From positions 371,805-435,804 of the IMG/VR virus record IMGVR_UViG_3300028840_001395: a DNA stretch of 64,000 nt. One strand, given 5' to 3'. The position numbers were made by a program, and so were the translations under genes. The notes beneath the pieces were generated by a model that saw only the letters and a program-made list of their open reading frames with translations, searched no databases and was not told where the DNA came from. Below, in pieces: positions 11,201 to 19,858 of the stretch (the first letter of the stretch is position 1; every line of letters begins with the position of its first letter).

Positions 11201-11280
11201 ACAGTCTCGGGGCCAGCCTTGATGGAGGGAAGGAACTCCCACTCCGTCAGCATCTTGGCCATATCATTCGTTCGGCCCAC
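8254..11280 (-). CDS. Tail tape measure protein
   Basis: 1008 aa, A/K/G-rich and helical with a hydrophobic segment (GGIIAAVGAIAMAFAGVV). Follows tube and two chaperone genes. Confidence 0.75.
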   Translation of the reverse strand: MGRTNDMAKMLTEWEFLPSIKAGPETVRSVKKFIDQVSKQISGVVGKLAKVGYSDKDLERITKKMRDIRNEIAKARAEGNKEQEAAIQEKFDKEKKNLEDIVSRRKQASRDLDKGALIGAEKPAALAAKVGEEMGQSLNDVLSGELGGVGGMFKRWGDMTKKGGLALQAKQTDKTAGSIKGKLGGIIGQLGGIIAAVGAIAMAFAGVVKVMIDADTKTKELNRTLIDSGAMAGDITSNVHALEGAFDRISKMAQQSEFNKVWDTLAEDQVKILGAFSGAGFTLKEMRTQIKGAKTEMQAYQQATSAALTYSKLLGESADKPATDMADRMEDMGLSLRGVREGFANIYEAAQMSGFGTKRFFNMVLQATSGLSMYNVRLEEAAGMMLNLSKVLGSRVGDQFFQSLTKGFSDLSQEDRIKKVMLLGPEEFGKILTKQIAATSREWAQKASDIFGKDFKKGSEALAALGIDMGVSQDLLRTIGRGGPAAQKARESLAKQVADQLQQMNPGQIATAIADMRKAGADPKLIRELEDLIDLTRGMSGDINEQAAALAVMGPGGKLAADFAVAARWTGKELAKSQKIDWKILQDQMGWNNEQTRQYIRIARERQSSFGDMQKELAALQASGKKVTKEQNKVFAKAFGMAIKGDKIFHATMDKGNVRLGGEIKDVTDAIMAQGSALANMPEKLTKQEEFAKKIAENTLTIGKRIQQHVEEFLRDIRDAVVDIKVWLTGGANTDERQARNEAAKQFDRNAKKLAARKAAAKTPEERAAIERQEKMSKTLAKIARKDEAGGTISDYKTDDYIKRAAETVLDVVAAPRTVRVPGIGPRGRAHGIPREYEEAVSPAKLGQIKMILSGMFDKKSVAKISGEVEAEFKKKLEQDLERAADRLQARGATKEQAEAEDARIRRQNEADRRREEAKRLAKMLGEEEKKLLKKISEGVLETSSSERGQRAKEFIDSMRSEAAKTPPAGSKDKPPIGHLSFEFHGAAPAQQKAAEETIRTVAPQMVS

Positions 11281-11282
11281 GA

Positions 11283-12488
11283 CTACTCCTCACCAGGTCC
11301 ACGTCGGAACGTCAGATCCCTGTCTTGCAAGGCTTCCGTGAAATCCCGCCCGCCCGGCTTCATCTCTACGCGACCATCGCTCCCTTCGAGCATCCCCGCA
11401 TCGGGGACACTCTCTAGGTACTTCTCATAGAGATAATCGCGGTCGTCACGGTCACTCTCGAACACCCGCTTCACACCCGGCGCTCCAGGCTTGCGGTTCT
11501 TCAAGATCTCCTGCAACTGGGCTGCCGTATAACCCACCAGCGGGCGCTCCATATCTCCGAACGTATCCGACTGCTCATCCAGGCGCTTGCGGAGCATCGC
11601 CTGGCGCTCCTCCCGAGCTGCCTTCTCGGCCCGGTAGTTGGCGATCACGCGCTGCTTGTAGTCGCTGACCACCTTGTCGTGGTGATCCTCCTTCCCCGTG
11701 ACCCAGTTGTGCATCTCCTCGGCCAGTTCGTCCGGAGTCTTGGAGAATGTGATGTAAGGCGAGAAGTCCTCCTTGGCCTTCCCGTCCGGCATCAGGACAC
11801 CCATCTGGATGTAGTAGAAGCGGTCGCGGACGGCCTGACGGCGTTCGTCTTCCGCACTCCGCATCTGCTGTTCCTTCTGCTCCATCTTCTGGACGCCCTT
11901 GGGGGCTGCCGCCGATGCCACGAGCTTGAACCCGTCCCAGAGATTCTGATCTTGGACGCGCTTGTCCTCCATGTCGTTGAAGGCCGTCCACATCTGCTGG
12001 ACGTAGTTCAACCCCAGGTGTTCGGCCCCAGGGACACCCGCATACCTCCCCGGTGCGTGCCCGTTGTAGCCCTTCCACTTGAAGCGGGAGGTGGCTTCGT
12101 AACAGTAGGGCTCGACCGCGTTGATGGCCTGGTTCTGTCTCGTATAGAGACCCATCGACAGACTGAACAGAATCTCCCTCAACGGACGGGGAAACCGCTG
12201 GACAGCCTCGAACATCCGAACAGGAGCGTGAGGCTCCGTCAAGAGGTTGACTCCGTTGACCATCCAGATAGAAGTGGCCAGCATCCAAAGCTGCCAAGAA
12301 GAACCAAACACCTCATTCCCGGCTCTCATCTGGAGAAGAAAGAGATCACCTGGCCCCAACGACCGAAGAACGAAGGTGACGCCATGAGCCCGAAACGTGT
12401 GGGTGAGAAACCCGACCTGGATCAGGGTCTCCACATCCTCGTAGAAAGGACTACGTTGCTCGAACGTCGTCTGAGGAAGGGAAGCCAT
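11283..12488 (-). CDS. Putative tail assembly chaperone
   Basis: 401 aa. Synteny between tail tube and tape measure. Coding-like codon usage. Confidence 0.5.
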   Translation of the reverse strand: MASLPQTTFEQRSPFYEDVETLIQVGFLTHTFRAHGVTFVLRSLGPGDLFLLQMRAGNEVFGSSWQLWMLATSIWMVNGVNLLTEPHAPVRMFEAVQRFPRPLREILFSLSMGLYTRQNQAINAVEPYCYEATSRFKWKGYNGHAPGRYAGVPGAEHLGLNYVQQMWTAFNDMEDKRVQDQNLWDGFKLVASAAAPKGVQKMEQKEQQMRSAEDERRQAVRDRFYYIQMGVLMPDGKAKEDFSPYITFSKTPDELAEEMHNWVTGKEDHHDKVVSDYKQRVIANYRAEKAAREERQAMLRKRLDEQSDTFGDMERPLVGYTAAQLQEILKNRKPGAPGVKRVFESDRDDRDYLYEKYLESVPDAGMLEGSDGRVEMKPGGRDFTEALQDRDLTFRRGPGEE

Positions 12489-12497
12489 CGTCCTCCA

Positions 12498-13736
12498 TCA
12501 CTTCTGGCCGGGGCTGCGGAAGCGGGGGTTCCGTGACCCCTGGGGCTTCACCTGGTTGATTCCCGCGCTCGACGGCGGAGGGGCCGTCTGGGAAGCACTC
12601 CGGGTCAAGGGCTCCGGCGGCAACCGGAACGCCTGGACACCGTTCACCTCACCCGCGTCGGTGAAGCTCCCCACAGCGGCGTCGATCTCCGCCGCATCCG
12701 CATGGGGGGGCCGCCGAACAGACGCAGGGTCCGCCGGACCTTCGAGAGATGCCTCGGCCTCGACCTGGGCTCTTGCCTCGGCTTCGGCCTGTTCCATCTC
12801 CTGCTGTTGACGGCGGCGAGCGATGATGCGGGCCTCTTCCTCGGCCACAGCCGACCGCAGGTTGTCGGGGTCGGAGGTGTCCACCAGGGAGCCCTCCATC
12901 TCGGGCGGTACATGCGTTCCTGCCGCCTGTGGCGGCAGAACGTCCTCCGGGATGGGTGTTGGCCCCTCTGGGGGCTTCGGAGGCTCCTGGGGGCGCTGAG
13001 GCGGCGGAACGGCTGCGGCCTGGGTCGGGACAATGGGCTCCCGAGCGGGGGGAGGCGGCGTGGGGGCTTTGGGGGTGGTCGTTTCTTCTTCGGGGGGCGC
13101 TACGTCCTCATCGTCGCCGTGGAGGGGCTTCTCCATCTCGTTGATGGCCTCGATCTGGGACTTCATGCTGCCCTGGATAGAAGACCTACCCTTTTCCTTC
13201 TTCTCCCGGAGCTTCTCCAGGCGCTTCTCCAGGCGCTCAATCTCCGTGTCGATATCGGAAGGCTCGAACTCGATGGCCTCCTCTGCCTTCTTCTCCATGA
13301 TGTCCAGAAGCTCGGCATACTTCTGGAATAGCAGGGTGCGGAGAGCCCCCGACCACTTGTGGAGGATGCGACGCATGGCGACATGCTTCTCGATCTTGAT
13401 CTTCTGGCCGTTGTCCAGTTCCTCGCCGGTCTCAACGAACTTCAGGTCACGGAAGTCTGCCTCACCTACGGCCACCAGGGCATGGGACAACACGGCAACC
13501 TTGAACCGCTCGATGTAGTCAAGCTGATCAGTGCTGGTAGCTTCCCCACCGCCCTCATCATCCCCCAAGGGAGCCGGAAGGGCCTTGGTGGCGTATCTCT
13601 GAACCTCGTTCTCCTCCTCGGGGATCATGACCCGAAGAGAAACCTTGACCCCATCGGCCTCGAAGGTCGTTTCTTCACGCCCAATGTGCTCGATGGGAGC
13701 TAGGGCCTTCTCAAGAGCATCCAGTGTCGTCTGCAT
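12498..13736 (-). CDS. Putative tail assembly chaperone with Pro/Glu-rich C-terminus
   Basis: 412 aa. Chaperone-like N-terminal domain (VKVSLRVMIPEEE..., LSHALVAV) followed by coiled coil and low-complexity tail. Synteny. Confidence 0.5.
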   Translation of the reverse strand: MQTTLDALEKALAPIEHIGREETTFEADGVKVSLRVMIPEEENEVQRYATKALPAPLGDDEGGGEATSTDQLDYIERFKVAVLSHALVAVGEADFRDLKFVETGEELDNGQKIKIEKHVAMRRILHKWSGALRTLLFQKYAELLDIMEKKAEEAIEFEPSDIDTEIERLEKRLEKLREKKEKGRSSIQGSMKSQIEAINEMEKPLHGDDEDVAPPEEETTTPKAPTPPPPAREPIVPTQAAAVPPPQRPQEPPKPPEGPTPIPEDVLPPQAAGTHVPPEMEGSLVDTSDPDNLRSAVAEEEARIIARRRQQQEMEQAEAEARAQVEAEASLEGPADPASVRRPPHADAAEIDAAVGSFTDAGEVNGVQAFRLPPEPLTRSASQTAPPPSSAGINQVKPQGSRNPRFRSPGQK

Positions 13737-13739
13737 CGT

Positions 13740-13950
13740 CCGCTTCCCTCTCCGTAGGGAAGCAGCACCCGAGTAGCCCTAGACAGCGCAAGAGATTCTA
13801 TCTGTCCGTTTCCATTCGACCACATCTGACCATCCCACCCATTCGGGGGGAGGAGCACCAGCTCAAGCTCTAATCTCTCTGTCCGTTCGTCTGTCTGTCT
13901 TCAGGGCCACCGAGAACTGCTCCCGGTTGCATCTATCCTATCTAGCTATA
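13740..13950 (-). promoter_or_regulatory. Long structured intergenic leader of the tail chaperone gene
   Basis: About 210 nt non-coding. Nested long-range complementarity on the minus strand (GTGGCCCT/AGGGCTAC, AGACAG/CTGTCT, GAGATT/AATCTC). ACGGACAGA occurs twice. Short motifs shared with the sheath leader. Confidence 0.45.
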
Positions 13951-13953
13951 CCG

Positions 13954-14811
13954 CTAGACGGGCACGTTCACCGCTTCCTGGGCGAACAACGAAATCGCAC
14001 CGCCGCCGCCAGCACCCCGACCCGCCTGGGCGATGTCGAAGCCCTGCTCCGCGAACCGGATGGAACCGAGCTGACCGACCGTGGGGTCGTTGCCCGTGGC
14101 GAGGAACTCGCCGTAGACCGAGGCGAAGTCGTGAACGTCGGAGATGTTCACGTCGCCGGACTCCATGACCACTCCCGCGTCCTTGGCGAAGGAGGTGCTC
14201 CAGGAGATGAACCAGCACGCCTCGTTCATCGTGATGATGGCGCTGTGGCCCCGGTTGTCGCCCGGCTGACCGCCAGGGTAGTCGCCCTTCTTCGAGTCCG
14301 GGGTGACCTGGGAGAAGCTCACCCGCTTCACGCCACCATCGAAGGCCCCGCTCACGCCCGCCAAGCCCTGGTTCGGGACACCCAGATCCACGTCAGCCAA
14401 CGTCGAGAACACGAGCTGCTGCTCGATGTCGAACGGCCAGCGGTGGTGCTTCAGGGAGCGCACCGGCCCATCCACGCCCGCTGCGTAGCCCGTGGCCTGC
14501 CACAGGTTGCAGAGGTAGAGCAGCGCCCGCTCGAAGGAGCCGCTCATGGGCTCCGTGACGCCAGGCACCAGCTCGGCCACCTGGTCACCGAAGCCGATGC
14601 CACGGACGGGCTCGACGGCACGGGACTCGGACGGGTTGAAGGTCGAGATGACACCCATCTGATGGAGGGCCTTGACCTCTCCGTAGTGGGGCGTCAGCAG
14701 ACGCACCTTCTGGGACACCGCAGTACGGGTGTTCGGGGTCGTCCCGAAGTCGTACATGTAGGAGGTGCCACCGACACCCGACTGGGGGTTGAGGTCGAGA
14801 TTCTTCGCCAT
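13954..14811 (-). CDS. Tail tube protein
   Basis: 285 aa, beta-rich (MGVISTFNPSESRAVEPVRGIG...ELVPG...PFDIEQ, ACWFISWSTSF). Strong SD (GGAGGAGG), own late promoter motif, upstream of chaperones and tape measure. Confidence 0.7.
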   Translation of the reverse strand: MAKNLDLNPQSGVGGTSYMYDFGTTPNTRTAVSQKVRLLTPHYGEVKALHQMGVISTFNPSESRAVEPVRGIGFGDQVAELVPGVTEPMSGSFERALLYLCNLWQATGYAAGVDGPVRSLKHHRWPFDIEQQLVFSTLADVDLGVPNQGLAGVSGAFDGGVKRVSFSQVTPDSKKGDYPGGQPGDNRGHSAIITMNEACWFISWSTSFAKDAGVVMESGDVNISDVHDFASVYGEFLATGNDPTVGQLGSIRFAEQGFDIAQAGRGAGGGGAISLFAQEAVNVPV

Positions 14812-14861
14812 CGTAGTCCTCCTCCGCTCGCGGAGAGTAGTCCTCTATCACCTACTGTCGG

Positions 14862-14876
14862 ATTATAGGCTCATTA
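14862..14876 (-). promoter_or_regulatory. Putative late promoter motif TAA-N5-CTATAAT
   Basis: One of 7 copies of TAR-N5-CTATM. Upstream of the tail tube gene. Confidence 0.55.
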
Positions 14877-14966
14877 TTCGGGAGCGTTCTTCTCCCATAG
14901 GTCGTTGAACTCACTCTGGAACTCCTCAACGATGTATTTGAGTCGGAGAACAACGAAGTTCTCGGC
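14874..14966 (-). pseudogene. Orphaned second copy of the 3' end of the PLD gene
   Basis: Translates AENFVVLRLKYIVEEFQSEFNDLWEKNAPE*, versus the intact PLD C-terminus AENFVVIRLKYVIQEFQEEFEALWELNAP*. Confidence 0.85.
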
Positions 14967-14973
14967 GTCCTTC

Positions 14974-15003
14974 TTGACACCCAACACGAATTTAGTGTAG
15001 GAT
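14974..15003 (+). promoter_or_regulatory. Sigma70-like promoter of the HNH gene (probably leaderless mRNA)
   Basis: TTGACA-N18-TAGGAT, ending 6 nt before ATG 15010. Confidence 0.55.
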
Positions 15004-15009
15004 AGAGGC

Positions 15010-15702
15010 ATGGATGAAGCAACCTTCTGGGATACGACCATCAGGGAACCCAATGGCTGTTGGTTGTGGGCCGGAGCTGTGGCCAGGGATTATGGGGTGG
15101 TGCAGTTCAAGAAAAAGGCGTGGCGTGCCCATCGCCTGGCCTGGACTCTCGCCAACAAAAGACCTATCCCAGAAGGTCTTTATATCCTCCATACCTGCGA
15201 TGAACCCCTGTGCATCCGGCCCGATCATCTCTACGCCGGAACACAGTCTGACAATATGAAGGACGCCTATGCCAGAGGCCGGTGGGTTCGGAAAGGACAG
15301 CCTGGTGGGGAAGCCCATGCGATGGCCAAGCTCACAGAGAATGATGTAGAAGTAATCAGAAAGAGGCTCCTTGCAGGCGAGTCTCAGGCTCGGCTGGCCC
15401 TTGAATATGGGGTCACCCAGTCCAACATTTCCTGTATCGCAAGGGGGGTGTCCTGGCAGCATCTAAAATTGGAGCCCCTCCCCACCCGATGTGGAAGTGC
15501 GAAACCCGGAGCCAAGCTCACAGAAAAAGACATCCCTCTCATCCTCAAACGGATTCAAGACGGGGACTCGATTTCCCGTGTGGCCCACGACTTCAAAGTG
15601 GGGCGGACTCTCATATCTGATATCTGGCATGGGAAAAAGTGGAAACACATCCCACGTCCTCAAGGAGCATTCAACTCCCAGAGTGCCTCAAACTCCTCCT
15701 GA
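15010..15702 (+). mobile_element. Free-standing HNH homing endonuclease with two C-terminal HTH-like repeats
   Basis: CWLWAG...YG...AHRLAW...ILHTCDEPLCIRPDHL..GTQSDN motif. Two AKLTE.D repeats. Lower GC, opposite strand to neighbours. Confidence 0.9.
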
Positions 15703-16103
15703 AACTCCTGGATCACGTACTTCAATCGGATGACCACGAAGTTTTCTGCATTCCTCTGATCCGCGTTCTTCGTCCAGTTGAATGACCCCGTAGCTACTGC
15801 ACTTGCATCACCAATAACAAACTTATGATGGAGCGAACCGGACTGGTTATCCCGGCGGACAGGGATGCCCACCGCCTCCATCTTCTCGTCGTCCGCCCAC
15901 TTCATCCCGGCCTGGGACTTGTCCATCAAGACCCTGACACGGACCCCTCTCTGGTGGGCCTCGATGAGAGCCTGGGCGATGTCGTCGTGGGTGATGGAGT
16001 AGACGGCGGCGTCAATGAAAGTGTCACACCGCTTGATGAAGCCGATGACCTGTTCTGCCGCACCGCGTCGAGGAGAGAAGTAGACGCTGGCGTATCTTCC
16101 CAT
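15660..16103 (-). CDS. Single-domain phospholipase D family nuclease (Nuc/Zucchini-like)
   Basis: VYFSP, HHKFVIGD (HxKxxxxD), TGSFNWT and NAEN motifs. Confidence 0.9.
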   Translation of the reverse strand: MGRYASVYFSPRRGAAEQVIGFIKRCDTFIDAAVYSITHDDIAQALIEAHQRGVRVRVLMDKSQAGMKWADDEKMEAVGIPVRRDNQSGSLHHKFVIGDASAVATGSFNWTKNADQRNAENFVVIRLKYVIQEFQEEFEALWELNAP

Positions 16104-16138
16104 GTGACCTCCCTACAGAGAGGGAGGCCAAAGGAGAA

Positions 16139-18805
16139 CTACCGGGAGGTGCCCACCGAGATGACCATCTGCCAGCCCTCGTCCGCCGGGGTGTTGCCCG
16201 CGACGATGGACGTGGCCTTGACCAGGTAGTCGTGGGTCATCATGTAGGGCTTGATCTGCCGGTTCTCGATGAGGGTGATGACCCCAGCCAGGATGTCCTC
16301 GTTCTCGGCGTCCTTGTGGGCCTCCAGGAAGGCCACCATCCGGGTCAGGTGCATGTCGTAGGCCGACGTGTCCTTCTCGATGGACACCTTCAGCACCTCG
16401 ATGGCCAGGAGCGCCGTCAGGGTGATGCGGGTCTCGGTGTCGTCGGCGTCCAGGCCACCGTCGTCCCGCAGGTTGGCCAGGACGGTCACGAGGTCCGCGC
16501 CCGGCGGGATGGTGAGGTTGCACATCTCCTCGCTCAAGGAGTCCACGATCTCGCCGCAGGGGTTGTTGGAGTCGAGGAAGAAGCAGGCGTCCTGCACCAT
16601 GTCCGAACCATCGCTGGCGCTGGGGCCGCTGTCGTTGCAGCAGAGGGTCACGTTCTCGGAGATGGGCGTGATGCCCTTGGTGGTGCTGCCACCGCTGCTG
16701 GAGCCGAACACCGGGCTGTCCAGGCTGTCGTGCATCAGCGCCCGGCGCACGCGGGCACCCTTCTTCCGCTTGGCCGACCGGCGACCGCTCATGGACGCCC
16801 CGACCACCTGGTTCGTGTACACGCCCGGCATGGACGTGAATCCACCCCCGCCTGCGCTGGCGCAGATGTTCAGGCTCCGCATCCCGAGCGTCGGCTGACC
16901 GAACACGCCCGCCGCCTGCATGTTCTCAGGCGTCCCCACAGCGACGATCTTCTGCTCGGGCTGCTCACCCGCCTGGTCACCCAGACGCTTCACGACCGCA
17001 CAGAGGCTCATCACCCGGCTGGCCAGGCTGTAGGCCGTCGAAATCTCCTTGAGGTCACGCTCGATGGCCGACTTGGCAGGCCCATCCTGCCCGCACATGT
17101 CCAGGGAGGACTCCAGATCCTCGATCTGCCGCCCAGCCCACAGGAGAGCCACCAGGCCGTTGGGGGTCTCGTGACCCAGCGCGGGCTTGATGACCTTCTT
17201 GCCGCCGTCCCACTTGAGCGTGACCTGGACGGGCAGGAGCTTGCCCTTGCTGCCGTCGTCCGTGATGAGGATGGTCCGACCGTCCCAGATGGTGCCCACG
17301 GTGTGCTCCTGCTTCTTCTTGCCGCCCTTGAGCTTGACCGTGGCCTCCACGTCCGTCTGGACGGGCTGACGCACCGCGTTGAACATGTCGAGAGCGGTGG
17401 TGGCCACGTCCTCGTTGACGCCGACCATCTTGGAGACACCACCCGACCGGCGACCCAGCGCCTCCAGGAAGCGGTCCTGGCTGGCAGCCCCGATGCCCAT
17501 GACGTGGACGCGGGTGCCCGCAGCGGCGACCTGCTCGACAATGGGGCCGGTCTGATACACGGCCCCGTCCGTGATGAGGAAGATGTCCCCACCCGGACCG
17601 CCCAGCACATCCACGCCCGCCCCGAGACCCTCGGCCAGATGGGTGCCGCCACGGGCATCGATCCCAGCGAGCCACTTGCGGGCCTGCTTGCGGTTGGCGT
17701 CCGTGGCCTTGCCCATCTTCTTGTCGAACTTCTCGATGCTGGAGTCGAAGGCCACCAGGCCGAAGTAGTCCTGGGGCTGGAGCGCGGAGATGCACGCCTC
17801 ACAGGCGAGCTTAGCCCGCTCCATCGTGACGCCACCCATCGAACCGGAACGGTCCACCACGAAGCACACCCGGCGCGGCTCGTCCTTGGCCTTGGGAACC
17901 AGGGAGGAGGGCAGCGCGAGGGTCCAGCGGGGGGCCTTCTCGGGGATGGCCGGGTCGTCCTTGTCGGTGGTCTTGGAGACAAGCTCCTCGTCCGCGAACA
18001 TCGTCGGAGTGGCCTCCTGGGTCTTCACATCCACCACGAGGTCGCGGTTCGGCACGTCGGCGCTCCCCGCCAACTCGATCTCCGCCGCCCCATCCTTGAG
18101 GGGGCGCACCAGAACCCGATGCGAAGGCGAGGCCACGGAATCCAGGACTCCGCCGGTCTCGACCCGGATCTTGAAGCTGACCTGGTGCAACCCGTCCGGC
18201 ACGTTCTTCCACTCGGGCAGGATGAGATCCCCGAAGATGTCGGAGGGAAGCTCCATCTTGCCGCCCGCCTCGGTCGCGGTGGCGTTGCCCTTGGCGTGGT
18301 AGCTCGGGGCCAGCGTGAAGGGGAAGCGGAGCCGGAACTTCTCGTCCTCGACATCCACGCCCTGCACGATGTCCAGCATGACCGTGACCATCTCACCGGG
18401 GCGCACCTGACCCACAGAGAGCGTCACCATGCCGTCGTTGTAGGTCTCCGCGAGCACGGAGAGGTGTCCTTCGCTGACGCCCTCCTCGTACTCCTCACGG
18501 GCCTCCTGGCGGGGCGAGAGGGTGGACTCCATCTCGAAGTCCTCGCCCTTGACGATGAAACGCCGGAGCGTGCCCGCGCGCGGGAGCATGAAGGTGTACA
18601 GGGCCTCCATCGGGTTCTCGCCCTCGGCCTTGAAGGCATGGGTCACCCGCAGCAAGGCCCCGGCGGGACTGGCCCTCCCGGACAGGTGAAGCCGCTGCAT
18701 GGCCAGGGCAATCTCTTCCCCTGTGGCGGCGTTGGTCAGGACATTCCCCTGGGGGGTTGTGTCCAGGGCTGTCGCCCCATCGAATCGAGTCGTCCAGCTA
18801 GGCAT
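16139..18805 (-). CDS. VIT + von Willebrand factor A domain protein
   Basis: Start at MPSWTTR (18805), overlapping the MerR stop. VIT domain (EALYTFMLP, AREEYEE, SVGQVRPG). vWA MIDAS DRSGSM, GGT, LITDG. Confidence 0.85.
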   Translation of the reverse strand: MPSWTTRFDGATALDTTPQGNVLTNAATGEEIALAMQRLHLSGRASPAGALLRVTHAFKAEGENPMEALYTFMLPRAGTLRRFIVKGEDFEMESTLSPRQEAREEYEEGVSEGHLSVLAETYNDGMVTLSVGQVRPGEMVTVMLDIVQGVDVEDEKFRLRFPFTLAPSYHAKGNATATEAGGKMELPSDIFGDLILPEWKNVPDGLHQVSFKIRVETGGVLDSVASPSHRVLVRPLKDGAAEIELAGSADVPNRDLVVDVKTQEATPTMFADEELVSKTTDKDDPAIPEKAPRWTLALPSSLVPKAKDEPRRVCFVVDRSGSMGGVTMERAKLACEACISALQPQDYFGLVAFDSSIEKFDKKMGKATDANRKQARKWLAGIDARGGTHLAEGLGAGVDVLGGPGGDIFLITDGAVYQTGPIVEQVAAAGTRVHVMGIGAASQDRFLEALGRRSGGVSKMVGVNEDVATTALDMFNAVRQPVQTDVEATVKLKGGKKKQEHTVGTIWDGRTILITDDGSKGKLLPVQVTLKWDGGKKVIKPALGHETPNGLVALLWAGRQIEDLESSLDMCGQDGPAKSAIERDLKEISTAYSLASRVMSLCAVVKRLGDQAGEQPEQKIVAVGTPENMQAAGVFGQPTLGMRSLNICASAGGGGFTSMPGVYTNQVVGASMSGRRSAKRKKGARVRRALMHDSLDSPVFGSSSGGSTTKGITPISENVTLCCNDSGPSASDGSDMVQDACFFLDSNNPCGEIVDSLSEEMCNLTIPPGADLVTVLANLRDDGGLDADDTETRITLTALLAIEVLKVSIEKDTSAYDMHLTRMVAFLEAHKDAENEDILAGVITLIENRQIKPYMMTHDYLVKATSIVAGNTPADEGWQMVISVGTSR

Positions 18806-19193
18806 CTTCGTCCTCCCTCTCCTCCACATCTGTCGTGGTCTGTACGGCCCTGGCGAACGTCTCCAGGGCGCGAAAAACGATGCGCTTCCGATGGGGCGGG
18901 AGTGAGTTGTCCACACGAACCTCCACTCCCTTGGTTACCCCGAACACCTGATGGATGGATCCCTTGAGCGTCAGGGGGCGCTCCATCAGGTCGTTCTTGA
19001 TCTGGTCGAGGGTCATTCCCTCCGCCTGAAGCTCCTTGATGCGCTTGATGATGGTGAGGTGGTCTTCGGTGTAGGGGGCACCTGGCCCCTGACGAACCGG
19101 GCCGGGCAGGAGCTTGCTGGTCACATAGTAGCGAATCGTGCGAGCCGGAACCCCCGACTGCTCCGCGAGTTCCTTCATCGTGAGTGTCTTCAT
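18798..19193 (-). CDS. MerR-family HTH regulator
   Basis: MKELAEQSGVPARTIRYY..KLLPGP...YTEDHL...IKELQAEGMTLDQIK. Confidence 0.9.
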   Translation of the reverse strand: MKTLTMKELAEQSGVPARTIRYYVTSKLLPGPVRQGPGAPYTEDHLTIIKRIKELQAEGMTLDQIKNDLMERPLTLKGSIHQVFGVTKGVEVRVDNSLPPHRKRIVFRALETFARAVQTTTDVEEREDEDA

Positions 19194-19222
19194 CTTGGGC
19201 TCCTCATCTTGAACGCACGGAC

Positions 19223-19251
19223 ACTATACCCAACTGTCGAGTTACTGTCAA
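19223..19251 (-). promoter_or_regulatory. Sigma70-type promoter of MerR/VIT-vWA operon overlapped by ACTGTCRA direct repeats
   Basis: TTGACA-N17-TATAGT on minus strand. ACTGTCGA at 19233, ACTGTCAA at 19244 and ACTGTCGA at 19303 in an AT-rich intergenic region. Confidence 0.7.
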
Positions 19252-19321
19252 CATATCCTGGATAAAAGTTATTACAGTTTGTTTTTATTAGGGAATGGGG
19301 CCACTGTCGATTTAATAAAAG

Positions 19322-19351
19322 GGCTTACTTCGGGGGCTGACAGAGTAGTCT
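19322..19351 (+). promoter_or_regulatory. Phage promoter motif GGCTTAC-N14-GAGTAGTCT
   Basis: One of six copies with identical spacing. Confidence 0.7.
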
Positions 19352-19356
19352 AGGTG

Positions 19357-19470
19357 AGGGCGGTTACCGGGTTGACGCCAGCGGTTTTAGTGGATTTCTA
19401 ACTCGGCGGCCTGCGCGACACAGCAGGACGGCTCACCCGGCGGTCGGGGGACTTTGCCGGGTGAGCCACC
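19357..19470 (+). ncRNA. Candidate structured small RNA
   Basis: Directly downstream of a promoter motif with no credible ORF. Stems 19362-74/19399-411, 19410-14/19423-27 and a perfect 12-bp stem 19430-41/19456-67. The last stem may also be the terminator of the convergent gene. Confidence 0.4.
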
Positions 19471-19478
19471 CCACATCT

Positions 19479-19838
19479 CTAGTACATCGCCTTGTTCAGA
19501 TCGGAGAAGGAGAGTCCCACCCCATGAAGGGTGAGCTTGTCATTCTCCACCACGATCTTGTCGATCTGGGAGGTCGCTTCGTTGCTGCGGATCTTGAACT
19601 GCATGTCCAGCAGGACTTCAGCTTCACCGTCACTCTCGATGTCATAGCTGGCAGAGAGGATTTTCACCTTGGTCGGGCGACCGTTGAAGCCGGGGAACAT
19701 CCGGGCCAGGTCATATCCCTGATCCCAGTCCATGATCTCGCCAGCGTTGATCCTCTGCTCCACGACCTTCTTGAAAGGCCCGAGGGATCCCGCTGCTTCC
19801 CTGATGATCGGCCCCCACTGATCTGTCAGTTTCGACAT
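19479..19838 (-). CDS. Hypothetical protein with QWGPxIREA leader
   Basis: 119 aa with SD (AAGGAG). N-terminus resembles that of 45558..46250. Confidence 0.7.
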   Translation of the reverse strand: MSKLTDQWGPIIREAAGSLGPFKKVVEQRINAGEIMDWDQGYDLARMFPGFNGRPTKVKILSASYDIESDGEAEVLLDMQFKIRSNEATSQIDKIVVENDKLTLHGVGLSFSDLNKAMY

Positions 19839-19858
19839 CGTTCTCTCCTTTCAAAGCC

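Noticed and set aside
11283-13736. Programmed frameshift between tail chaperones
   Set aside because: Separate ORFs in the same frame with a stop, a 9-nt gap and an own SD (GGAGG). No slippery site recognised.
14874-15702. Group I intron carrying the HNH
   Set aside because: The HNH is antisense to PLD, PLD is intact without splicing, and there is no room for an intron core.
16232-18967. 911-aa plus-strand ORF and other overlapping frames (e.g. 27600..29249, 38151..39653, 43008..45041, 57061..58806)
   Set aside because: Shadows of genes with clear motifs on the opposite strand.
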